Assembly: GCA_964408485.1 (NCBI GenBank) | Contig: CAYOZJ010000005.1 | Span: forward strand, 13,203 to 77,202 | DNA: 64,000 bases | Source: an uncultured Gammaproteobacteria bacterium | GTDB lineage: Bacteria; Patescibacteriota; Microgenomatia; Levybacterales; UBA12049 | Direction: 5' to 3' | Part shown: positions 44,029 through 54,200 of the stretch, one piece after another | How positions within the stretch are numbered: position 1 is the stretch's first letter | Layout of the letters: every line of letters begins with the position of its first letter | The notes under the pieces: generated by a model | Seen by the model: the letters and a program-made list of their open reading frames with translations, nothing else | Told to the model about the DNA's origin: nothing | The model's database searches: none | Made by a program: the position numbers and the translations under genes

Positions 44029-44664
44029 ATGAAGATTACCCTTCACTCTTTTGTACTTCTTCTTTCTTTTGGGATTATTTTTGCCTGGGAGAATAGCCCA
44101 CTCGCGGATTACACAATACAAGTCCTGGCAATCATGGTCATTATTTACCTTATTGCTCAATTTGTTAAACGCAGGCTTAAGATGCAGGAGACAATTTGGG
44201 AAGGAATACCTGATGTTTTTGCTTTAAATACAGCTATTTTTCTTCTTATTTTTGCAACAGGACAAATGACAAGCTGGTTTTTCTTTCTTCTTTACTTCTT
44301 AGGATTTGGTATAACGTTTATTTTTGAGCCTGCTACGGTTTTTATTTTTGCTATAGGAACTGTTGCTGTTTTTATTCCAACAATACTTACAAATGGCGGT
44401 AACTTAGGCACCTATATTCAGTTAGGATCATTTTTATTTATCTCTCCTCTTCCCTATTTTTTTGGCAAAGAATATCGAGACCGCGAAAAGCAGCAAGATG
44501 AAATTGTTGGGCTCGCAGAGAGGTCTGAAGAAGCTGGCACAACCATAGCAAGTGATGTAGAAAAAGTACTCCAGAATGAAAAAAAGAATTTAAAGTCAGA
44601 AGACGTTGAAAAACTAAATGAAATTCTTGAAGAAACAGAAGACTTACGCTCTGAAACCAAGTAA
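44029..44664 (+). CDS. Multi-TM membrane protein with C-terminal coiled coil
   Basis: TG...S.FFFLLYFL.F motif; ATG 44029. Confidence 0.7.
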   Translation: MKITLHSFVLLLSFGIIFAWENSPLADYTIQVLAIMVIIYLIAQFVKRRLKMQETIWEGIPDVFALNTAIFLLIFATGQMTSWFFFLLYFLGFGITFIFEPATVFIFAIGTVAVFIPTILTNGGNLGTYIQLGSFLFISPLPYFFGKEYRDREKQQDEIVGLAERSEEAGTTIASDVEKVLQNEKKNLKSEDVEKLNEILEETEDLRSETK

Positions 44665-44722
44665 TAAACCAATGACTAATGATAAATACTACCAATCAAT
44701 CTCTTAATAAGAGAATAATCCA

Positions 44723-45493
44723 ATGAAGAAAAAACTTCTATTCAGGCATTCAGCATTTTTTGTATTGATTGGATTATTGGTTTATTTGTCTATTGGATTA
44801 TTTAGTAAAAGCGCAAGCGCTTTTACTATGTCTAATGCTTTCTATATTATTATCTTGGGTAACTTAAATTCCATTTCAGGCCAAGTAAGCGGAAGCAATC
44901 GGACACTTACTTTTACCAGTGGCGAATTGGGTGCGGGACTCTATACCGGGACAAATTACATACTCTGCGCAGGATTTTATGGAGGTATTTTTTGTAATAA
45001 ATCTTCTGTTGTGTCTGGACTTTTTACTTTTACGGTTACTCCAACCAATATTGACTTTGGAACCATTGACCCAACAAGCCCAGTAACTCGCACAAATATA
45101 CTCAATGTATTAAGTACTGCATCAGGATACTCTGTAACAACAATAGAAAACCATAACTTGTCTGCAAGCAGCTCGGCAATTCCAGACACAACATGCGACA
45201 GCGGACTCTGTAATTCTACTACAGCCACTGCCTGGACTAGCAACCTTACGTATGGCTTTGGCTATAGATGTGACAATGTGAGCCAGCTTGATTGCTCAGT
45301 ACTCCCAACAAATTATTACAAACCCTTCCCCAATGCAGCGCTGTCTCAGAATCCACAGGTTATTATGCAAAATGCCAATGGATCAGCAAATGAAAAACAA
45401 GTCCAGGTAACATACAAGGTCAATGTAAGCGGCTCACAGCTCCCTGGCGTATATACGAATACCATTACGTATGTAGCTTCTCCTAATTTTTAA
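44723..45493 (+). CDS. Secreted WxL/pilin-like beta-sandwich protein
   Basis: Signal peptide; IDFG.I, Cys pairs, C-terminal G.YTNTITY.A.P.F. Confidence 0.6.
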   Translation: MKKKLLFRHSAFFVLIGLLVYLSIGLFSKSASAFTMSNAFYIIILGNLNSISGQVSGSNRTLTFTSGELGAGLYTGTNYILCAGFYGGIFCNKSSVVSGLFTFTVTPTNIDFGTIDPTSPVTRTNILNVLSTASGYSVTTIENHNLSASSSAIPDTTCDSGLCNSTTATAWTSNLTYGFGYRCDNVSQLDCSVLPTNYYKPFPNAALSQNPQVIMQNANGSANEKQVQVTYKVNVSGSQLPGVYTNTITYVASPNF

Positions 45494-45499
45494 TGCAAA

Positions 45500-46474
45500 A
45501 TGAATAATGCTATACGAATTATGCTAAGAGGTACTTTTATTTTTATGCTTATTGCGTACTGCTTATTGCGTACTGCTCCTGCAAAGGCCGAGACTTTTAG
45601 TCTCGGAATTTATCCTCCTATTATGCAAATTCAGACTAATGCACCAACACTTATTACTAAGGATTTTACCGTTGTTAATGCCAATGATAACGCAACGAAT
45701 GTATCTATTGCTCTACGACTCTTTACTTCTTCAAATACTAATAATGGCGCAGTACAATACCTGCCTGCCTCAACCAAACCATCACCTGACGGCAATATAT
45801 TCAAAAGAATTCAAATCTTAGACAATGGTAATCCTATTACGTCCCTCAGCCTTGCCCCCAAGCAGAAAAAAGACTTAACCATTCGCATTGCACTACCAAA
45901 AGACGAGCCTGGGGGAGATTATTATTTTTCTATTCTTTTTCAATCTGCAGATGATATTATTGGAGGCACGAACGGTACACATATTACGGCTGGAATCGCA
46001 AGTAATGTCCTTTTGTCTATTGCTCCCAAAGACGCAACGAGTGGATTTTTGGATGAATTTTCAGCACCTGTATTTGCAACGACTGGTCCAATCCCCTTTA
46101 CAGTAAGAGTCACAAATACCAGCAGGCACTTCGTAGCACCAACAGGACAAATTCTTGTGCGTAATATGTTTGGACAACTCATTGGAAAAGTAGATTTGCT
46201 CTCAGTAAATGTTTTGGGCAATTCAACACGATTCATTCCATCCAAGGATAACAAAGAAATGAATGGCCATCCTATTGCCTTATGGAATGAAAAAGTGCTT
46301 TTTGGAGCCTACAGGGCAAATATTATTTTGTCTCTTTCCAACGATGGACCAGTCTTTACACGCGTTATTTATTTCTTTGTTATGCCGTGGCAATACATGG
46401 TGGGAGCATTTCTTTTGGTTGTTATCGTTAGTGTTGTCATTGTTAGAGTAAGAAAACAAATAAAAAATTCATAA
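45500..46474 (+). CDS. DUF916/WxL-interacting- or PapD-like secreted protein with C-terminal TM anchor
   Basis: Signal peptide, LGIYPP, PGGDYYFSILF, F.VRV.N...H...P.G, MPW plus TM and basic tail. Confidence 0.55.
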   Translation: MNNAIRIMLRGTFIFMLIAYCLLRTAPAKAETFSLGIYPPIMQIQTNAPTLITKDFTVVNANDNATNVSIALRLFTSSNTNNGAVQYLPASTKPSPDGNIFKRIQILDNGNPITSLSLAPKQKKDLTIRIALPKDEPGGDYYFSILFQSADDIIGGTNGTHITAGIASNVLLSIAPKDATSGFLDEFSAPVFATTGPIPFTVRVTNTSRHFVAPTGQILVRNMFGQLIGKVDLLSVNVLGNSTRFIPSKDNKEMNGHPIALWNEKVLFGAYRANIILSLSNDGPVFTRVIYFFVMPWQYMVGAFLLVVIVSVVIVRVRKQIKNS

Positions 46475-46587
46475 TTTCTAAGTATTCTAATTTCTAATTG
46501 ACCTAAACAAACCCCAAGCTCAAATTTCTAATGTCTTGTCATTGGTGCTTTTTTAGAAATTAGGGTAATTAGGTAAATTAGGTTAAT
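46473..46587. repeat. ORF-less inverted heptamer/9-mer element, copy 2
   Basis: Aligns with 18792-18904. Confidence 0.8.
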
Positions 46588-47478
46588 TTAGTAGCCTACT
46601 CCCTTCATCCAGTGATGATGAAGCTTACGCTTTTTGAAAAGAAAATCAAATGCATGATTTATTTTAATACTCGGAACAGGTATGCCTGGAAGAGCTGTCG
46701 GACGGTACTTCCGTAAAAGAATAATAATAAGGATAATGACTATCAGGACAAGCAGTAACCAAACCCACCACGGAATTTCAAAAAGGTTAAAACCAGGAAG
46801 TTGCCCAAGACCAGAGGGAGTTGGGCCAGCCGTGGGCTTAAAACCGCTTATTCCTTGAATAAGAATCTTCTTAAGTTGTTGCTCAGATGGCTTACCTGCC
46901 AACACTGAGTCTGCGAAAAGCTCGTTATTTCCTGCTTTTTGAATCTTAATATTACACGCGTAATATCCACCTATATCTGCAATTACCGAACATCCCGTAT
47001 TCCCATTAAGATGAACTGTGATTCTCGCCCCAGGCATACCGTACCCAAAAGCTAATGCATCATCGCCAATTTGCACATCTGTGCGCTGCACTCCAAGCGT
47101 TGGTGGCAAAAATATACCTGTTTTGGTAATTACGCCATTGATCGGCGTTACGCTTACGCATGCCTCAGATTGTCCAAGTTTCTTGTAATCAACTGCATCA
47201 AAACATATCGTACTTGTTGCTTTTGGTACTGTCACATTGCTAAAACTAAAGTTACCCTGCGCGTCTGCTGTGGTCGAGGTAATAACAGTATTATTAATTG
47301 TTAAGACAACTGAGGCAAAAGGAGCAATATAGCCACTAACAGAAAGCGAATATCCAGCAACAGTAACTTGAACATTTGTCTGCGCACTTTGTGTAGCTGA
47401 AGCAGCCTCTACCTTGTCATGAAAAGTGACTGTGAAAATAAATAAAAAGAGAAAAAGTGAAAATAGCCTCAACTTCAT
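46588..47478 (-). CDS. Secreted Ig-like (two Big-like domains) protein with C-terminal TM
   Basis: Signal peptide; SG...P.A.V.L, T.AD..G.F.F twice; TM PWWVWLLLVL. Confidence 0.7.
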   Translation of the reverse strand: MKLRLFSLFLFLFIFTVTFHDKVEAASATQSAQTNVQVTVAGYSLSVSGYIAPFASVVLTINNTVITSTTADAQGNFSFSNVTVPKATSTICFDAVDYKKLGQSEACVSVTPINGVITKTGIFLPPTLGVQRTDVQIGDDALAFGYGMPGARITVHLNGNTGCSVIADIGGYYACNIKIQKAGNNELFADSVLAGKPSEQQLKKILIQGISGFKPTAGPTPSGLGQLPGFNLFEIPWWVWLLLVLIVIILIIILLRKYRPTALPGIPVPSIKINHAFDFLFKKRKLHHHWMKGVGY

Positions 47479-47584
47479 AGTCTCTCTTTATTGTAGACAG
47501 TATAAAATCCAATCACAAGGGACTAGATTTGCTCAGTAAGAAAAATATCTTTGATTGCTAAACGCTTACATCTAAAAATAAAAG

Positions 47585-47668
47585 AGGGTGGCGCGAGTTG
47601 GGAGTCCCCCATTGAGTGCCCGCAGTGAAACGAGGACATTGAATGAGGGTGACGAGCGACAGGACCCT
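47585..47668. other. Isolated GC-rich imperfect hairpin in an AT-rich intergenic region
   Basis: agggt...accct ends; gtcccccatt/aatgagggtgac and tgccc/ggaca pairings. Confidence 0.55.
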
Positions 47669-48214
47669 GAGTAAACATAATACTTTTCACAAGATACGTA
47701 CAAACAAAACAAAGAAAATAGAAAATTGGATGGAAAAAATCAAACTTCCTATTAAACCAATCCAAACAACAGACATATCATATCTGTCACTTTATCCTTC
47801 TCTCTGCTAAAAGCCATGCCTCAAACTCGTGCCTAAGAATTATACGAAAATAAATACAACAAGCATAAAAATACGAAATAAAATATAATTTTGGTTTTCA
47901 CCGGTATTTCCTGTGAAATATACTATTACAGGACTCATTATGTTTTTAGATATAATTTGATATAGATTTATATTACATATTTTATCTACTTTGTGACTGA
48001 TGTTTTACTTTTATTCGGTTTTAAAATCCTTTTTCACGTTTAAAAAATATTATTTTCACAGATTCGATTTTTTATTTTTTACTTTACTCCAGGTCATTGA
48101 CAAGCTAATGTATAATTTCTACGCTTAAATAGTAGTAGTACAGCTCTTGATAATTCGTATAATCCGTATAATCTCGAGGCTAAGGAAACAAAAAGCAAGA
48201 TTTCATACTGCCCT

Positions 48215-51200
48215 ATGGAATATTTACAAAAGTTTAGAATTTATTTACTTTCATTAACACCTGCACCGTCAGCAGTAACTGTGAAAAATTACTGCTTAGA
48301 CGTGAAGCACTTTATTTCGTGGTCAGAACAGAAAAATCACGCACCCTTCGATCCATCAAAAGTTACCCAGGATGAAATAGAAAAGTTTCGACAGGATGAG
48401 AATGGACATCTCTCTGCTCGCTCACTCGATAGGCACGTATCAAGCTTACGAAAATTCTTCCACAGCCTTAAATTACAAGGCGTATTATCAACAAGTCCAT
48501 TTGAAAATACAGTATCTACTCAATTACCAACAGATCCCTACAAGCTAAAACAATTCAAAGATTTCCTTTATGTCTATAACGCAAGTAATCTAACTATAAA
48601 AAACTACATCATTGATGTGAAGCAGTTTTTCAAATGGGCAGAGGAAAAAATTCAAGCTCAGACAGACCAGGAGTCTGAAGAAATTACCCCTCTTTCCTAC
48701 CTAAGTAATGACCTTTTAGCCACATACCGAGATGAATTATTCTCAGGAAATGTTTTCTCAGCCTCATCTATCAACCGAAAGCTCTCTTCTCTTCGCAAGT
48801 ATATTGGCTGGGCAAAGTCACAAAATTTCTTGGAAAACGAATTAGACTCCCGTAATAATCCAAACGAAGTAGCAAACATAGCTAGCGCTCACACTTCTAG
48901 CGTGCTAGAAGTGAATCAGAACAAAGCGGAAAGCGAAAAGCGTAAAGAATTAGAAACCAAAAAAGAAGCAAATGGGAAAAACCTTGACGCTTTACCCTTA
49001 ACGCTTAACGCTGGTTACTCTCCTTTTCCTCCTCTTCGTCTTGCTCAAAAGATATCAAAAGGATTCAATTATGGTTTGGACGTTGCTATTATCGCTCCTC
49101 TTGCTAAGCTCGTATTGCAAGGTACAAAAGTGCTCTGGACACTCCAAGGAAAACCTCTTTTTGTTGCAGCAAAGAAATCATTAAGGCTAGCAAGTCCTGT
49201 GAAAAATATATCTAAGTTTGCAGTACAGGCTGGAGAAGTTTCCACAGCTAACTTTTCATGGTATCAAAAAATTTGGCATCACGCACAAAACACACGACCT
49301 AACTGGTACAGAAGATATCATCAACTACCAGTCGCCCATTATTTTAACTGGGCGATACTCATGATTGTTATGACAATCATTGGTGTTGGTTTTTATAATA
49401 GCTTTATTGCAAAGCCACAGAATAGTAAACCACTTTTAGCAGCAGCCCAACCAAACAGAATTCTTTCTTTCCAGGGTAGACTTACTGATAGCAGCAATAA
49501 TCCAATCACCACTTCTTCAAATTTGCGGTTTGCTATTTATACAGACGCAACTTCAACAGGTTCTGCCCAACTATGGCAAGAATTAGACAATGTTACGCCG
49601 GATGCTAACGGCGTATTTTCTGTTTTGCTTGGAAAAAACAGTAGCATTCAACAATCGCTCTTTGCTAATAATGCGAATTTATATTTGGGTATTACTGTCG
49701 AACAGACACCCGAGCTCACTCCTCGCCAACAACTCGCAACAGTTGCCTATGCGACCAACGCAGAAACACTCCAAGGTCTACCACCTATCACCCAGTCTGG
49801 CGCGGGAACAAGCAATGTCGTCCTCGCACTAAATTCTTCTGGTAATTTATCCATTGGTGCAGCATCCACTTTTCAGACCGTTGGTGGCGCATTTACGCTT
49901 GCTGGAGATACGCTTGTCTTAAATACCAATCCCGGTACAAATGGTAACATAACCATAACCCCAGACGGCCTAGGTTTTATAGATTTGCAAAAGCCACTTG
50001 TTAATACAACACAAAACAATAACATTCCATCAGCTTCAGGCTCTGTGGAAATTGATGATACGCTTGCAATTCTTGCAACATCAGATGCTGTCCCTGCCCA
50101 AACAATTAATCAAGACGGTGCAGGTGCACTTTTCACAGCTTCAGCTGGAGGTATTAGTAAATTCACCATTGGCAATTCAGGGACAATAACTGCCAGCAAT
50201 TACAATACAGCAGGTGGCGTTTTTTATGCAGATGGTACTGGTCTTTTTCTCCAAACAACAGCAGGCGCGATTGGCCAATGTCTTACATCTAATGGATCTT
50301 CTGGTCCAAGCTGGACAGCATGTAGTGGTGGATCTGCAAACAACTTTTGGACAATTACAAATGGCGCATTGTATCCAGTGAATACAACACTTGATGTCCT
50401 CTTTGGCGGAACTGCATCAAATGGCGCTAATTTTGCCTTTATTAACAACGCACCAGGATCCGGCACACCAACAGCATCTGTTTCAGGAAATATTACGCTT
50501 AATAGCGCAGGCCTCATTCAGACAACAAATAACCAACAGCTGACTATTGGCGGCGATACGACAGGCAATATCGTCCTCAAGCCATTGAATGGTGCAGGAA
50601 CTGTTACCTTATCTGGCTACGCAACAGGAATAATTCATTCAACGTCTGGAGTTTTATCTTCAAGTGCTGTTGACTTGGCAAGCGGAGATGTAACTGGTGT
50701 GTTGCCTTTAGCAAATGGGGGTACAAATAATAGCTTGGTTGCAGATAATGGTGGCATCGTCTATTCAGACGCAACAAGACTTCAAGTTTTGGCGCATGCG
50801 GGATCTGCAGGACTTTGTCTTACCTCTGGTGGCGCAGGCGCCCCAAGCTGGGCGAGCTGTTCGGGAAGTAATTCCAACTTCTGGAATGTAAATAACGGCG
50901 TCATTTACCCAAGCAATTCAACGCTTGATTTTATTTTGGGTGGAGACGGCGCAACAACATCTGCAAAATTTGCAGTCCTGAATATGACAGGTTCTGGAAC
51001 ACCAGTTGCATCAGTAAGTAGTGGTTTGAATGGAAATGCTACATATATCGCAGCAGATGGAACACTTCAGACAACAAGAAACCATGCGCTAACAATTGGC
51101 GGAAGCACAACTGGAAACATAATCCTTAGCCCGCTTAACAGCTTGGGATATGTCCAACTAAATGGAACAGTCAATTCTAATCTTGTCCCAACAATCACTG

Positions 51201-54200
51201 ACACCTATAACTTGGGCTCACCAAGTAATGAATGGAATAACTTATATGTTAAAAATCTTGTTGTCTCAGGAAGCATCGCAGGATTTTGGCAAAGAAATTC
51301 AGGTGTCCTCTCCCCTACCAATATTACAGACGACTTAGCGATTGGCGGTATAGCAACAAATACTGCAAGATTCCAAGTCTTTGCAAATACAGGCAATGCA
51401 ACAACTGCAGGTAATTTAACTTTCACCGGAAATGGTAGCCAAATTCAGACAACAAGTAACCAAACTCTCACTCTTGGAGGAAATACCACAGGAGGTATCG
51501 TGTTATCTCCAAGTAATGGAACAGGCACAATTGGTCTCAATGCAAGCAACATAACAACAAATCAAACAACTGTAAATCTTCTCAACACCACAGCAACAAC
51601 GGTTAATTTTGCAGGCGCTGCAACAACAGTAAGTATTGGCAATTCAGGAGGATCTACAACAATCAATGGCGGTTTAGTGGTAAATGCAGACACACAGCTT
51701 CTTGGCAATACAACGTTAGGCGACAGCTCATCTGACACAATTGCCTTTATTGGCCAAGTAAATACCAATATTCTCCCTTCCACAACAAATGCTCGTGATC
51801 TTGGCTCCCTTGCTCAACAATGGAATAATATTTATGGAAATCACATTTTTAGCAATGGTGTTGAATTGTCCCAATTCTTCCAGAGAAATTTTGGCGTTAT
51901 ATCCCCATTGAATATCACTGACGACTTAGCTGTCGGTGGAACAGCAACAAATACTGCTAAATTTCAGGTATCTGGCTTAACAGGCAATGCAACAACTACG
52001 GGTACACTTACGTTTGATGGGACGGGTAACCTTATCCAGACAACTAAATTCCAGGATTTAACAATTGGTGGGACAACAACTGGAAATATTACACTCAGTC
52101 CAAAAAATGGAACAGGCACAGTTACCATTGCAGGGCTGTCATCGGGTGTAGTACATAGTACCGGGGGCATCCTCTCTTCAAGTAACGTAAACTTAACCAG
52201 TGAAGTAACCGGTATCCTTCCTATTGCCAATGGAGGCACAAATACTAATACAATAGGTTCGGCAGGAAGCATTGCCTACTCAACCGGTACTGCATATGCA
52301 TTTAATTCAGTGGGATCCACAGGTCAATGTCTTGTATCTAATGGATCTGGAGCCCCTAACTGGACATCATGTACTACTGCAGCAGGCGCAACAAATTACT
52401 GGACACTCGATGGCGGCAATGGAATTTTGTATCCTGTTAATACAACACTTGATGTGTTGTTTGGTGGAACATCGAGTAACTCTGCTAATTTTGCATTTCT
52501 TAATAATGCACCAGGATCTGGTACACCAACTGCATCCATTTCCGGTAACTTAACTCTCAATAGCGCTGGAAACATTCAAACAACAAATAACCAACCACTG
52601 ACCATTGGCGGCAATACAACGGGAAGTGTTACCTTAGCGCCAAGCAATGGAAATGGAACGCTCAATCTTAATGCTACAAATATTAATACAAATCAGACAA
52701 GTGTAAATCTTCTCAACACAACAGCAACAACAATTAATTTTGGAGGTGCAGCAACAAGTATTAATATCGGTAATGCAGGAGGCTCAGCAACATTTAATGG
52801 CGGGCTTGTCGTCAATGCAGATACAACGCTTAACGGCAACACAACCTTAGGAGATAGCTCGAGTGATCGAGTCACTTTTAACGGACTAGTGAATTCAAAT
52901 ATCATTCCATCTGCAAATAATACCTATGACTTAGGCTCAATCACGAATGCATGGAATAATATTTTTGTTAACAACATTATCTCAAGTGGCAACATATCAG
53001 GACTTTGGCAAAGATTTTTGGGAGTCCTATCCCCTGTTAATATTGGCGATGACTTAGCAATCGGTGGGACAGCAACAGGTACAGCCAAATTTCAAGTGTT
53101 TGGTAACACTGGCAATGCAACAACTGCAGGTAATCTCACATTTAATGGCAATGGAGTAATTCAAGCAACAAATAATCAACCTCTTACGATTGGCGGAGAT
53201 ACAACAGGCAGTATAACAGTAGCGCCTAATAATGGTACTGGCACAGTAAATCTTAACGCTACAAATATTAATACCAATCAAACAAGTGTAAACCTACTTA
53301 ATTCTACTACTACAGCAATTAATTTTGGAGGTGCAGCAACTGCGCTTTCAATCGGTGCAGGATCTGGAACAACAACAGTTAATAATGGTCTCACAGTTAC
53401 CGGAACAAGCACCTTAAATGGCAATGTTGTTTTGGGAGCAAATAGTACCAAAACAATTACCGCAAACGGACAGTTTAATTCCTCTCTTATTCCATCAGTA
53501 ACCGATACTTACGATTTAGGATCAATTGCACTTGAGTGGAATAATCTGTATGTTAAAAATATTATTGCAGGGGGCAATGTATCTGGATTTTGGCAGAGAT
53601 TCTTGGGAGTTATTTCTCCAACAAATATCACGGACGACTTAGCAATTGGTGGAACAGCAACAAATACAGCAAGGTTCCAGGTTTTTGGAAATACAGGCAA
53701 TGCAACAACTACAGGTACACTTACTTTTGATGGGACCGGTAGCCTTATCCAGACAACACGAAACCAAGGCCTAACAATTGGAGGAGATACAACAGGAAAT
53801 ATTACGATAAAACCACTCAATGGAACAGGAACAGTCACTATTGCAGGACTTGGGACAGGAGTAGTACATAGCACAAATGGACTTCTTTCTAGTAGTGCAG
53901 TGAATTTAGCAAATGGCTCAGCAGATATAACTGGAACTCTTTCAACAAGTAATGGCGGTACGGGACAAAATTCATACGCTGGCGGCGATCTTCTGTATTA
54001 TGCATCCGGAACATCTTTATCCAAACTCACTATTGGCGGCGCAAATACAATCCTCACATCAACCGGCACAGCTCCACAATGGTCAAGTAGCCTCACACTT
54101 GGAGGCAACTTAAATGTGAATGGTAACACAACGCTTGGAGACACCGCTGGGGATACGATAACCTTTAATGGTCAAGTTAATTCCAATATTATCCCAACAA

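Noticed and set aside
47610-47640. Hammerhead ribozyme (tgag...gaaacgaggac resemblance)
   Set aside because: No CUGANGA core in the correct order on either strand.
48215-48830. Prophage or island integrase
   Set aside because: Only N-terminal SAM-like domains are present; no catalytic tyrosine-recombinase motifs or phage structural genes.
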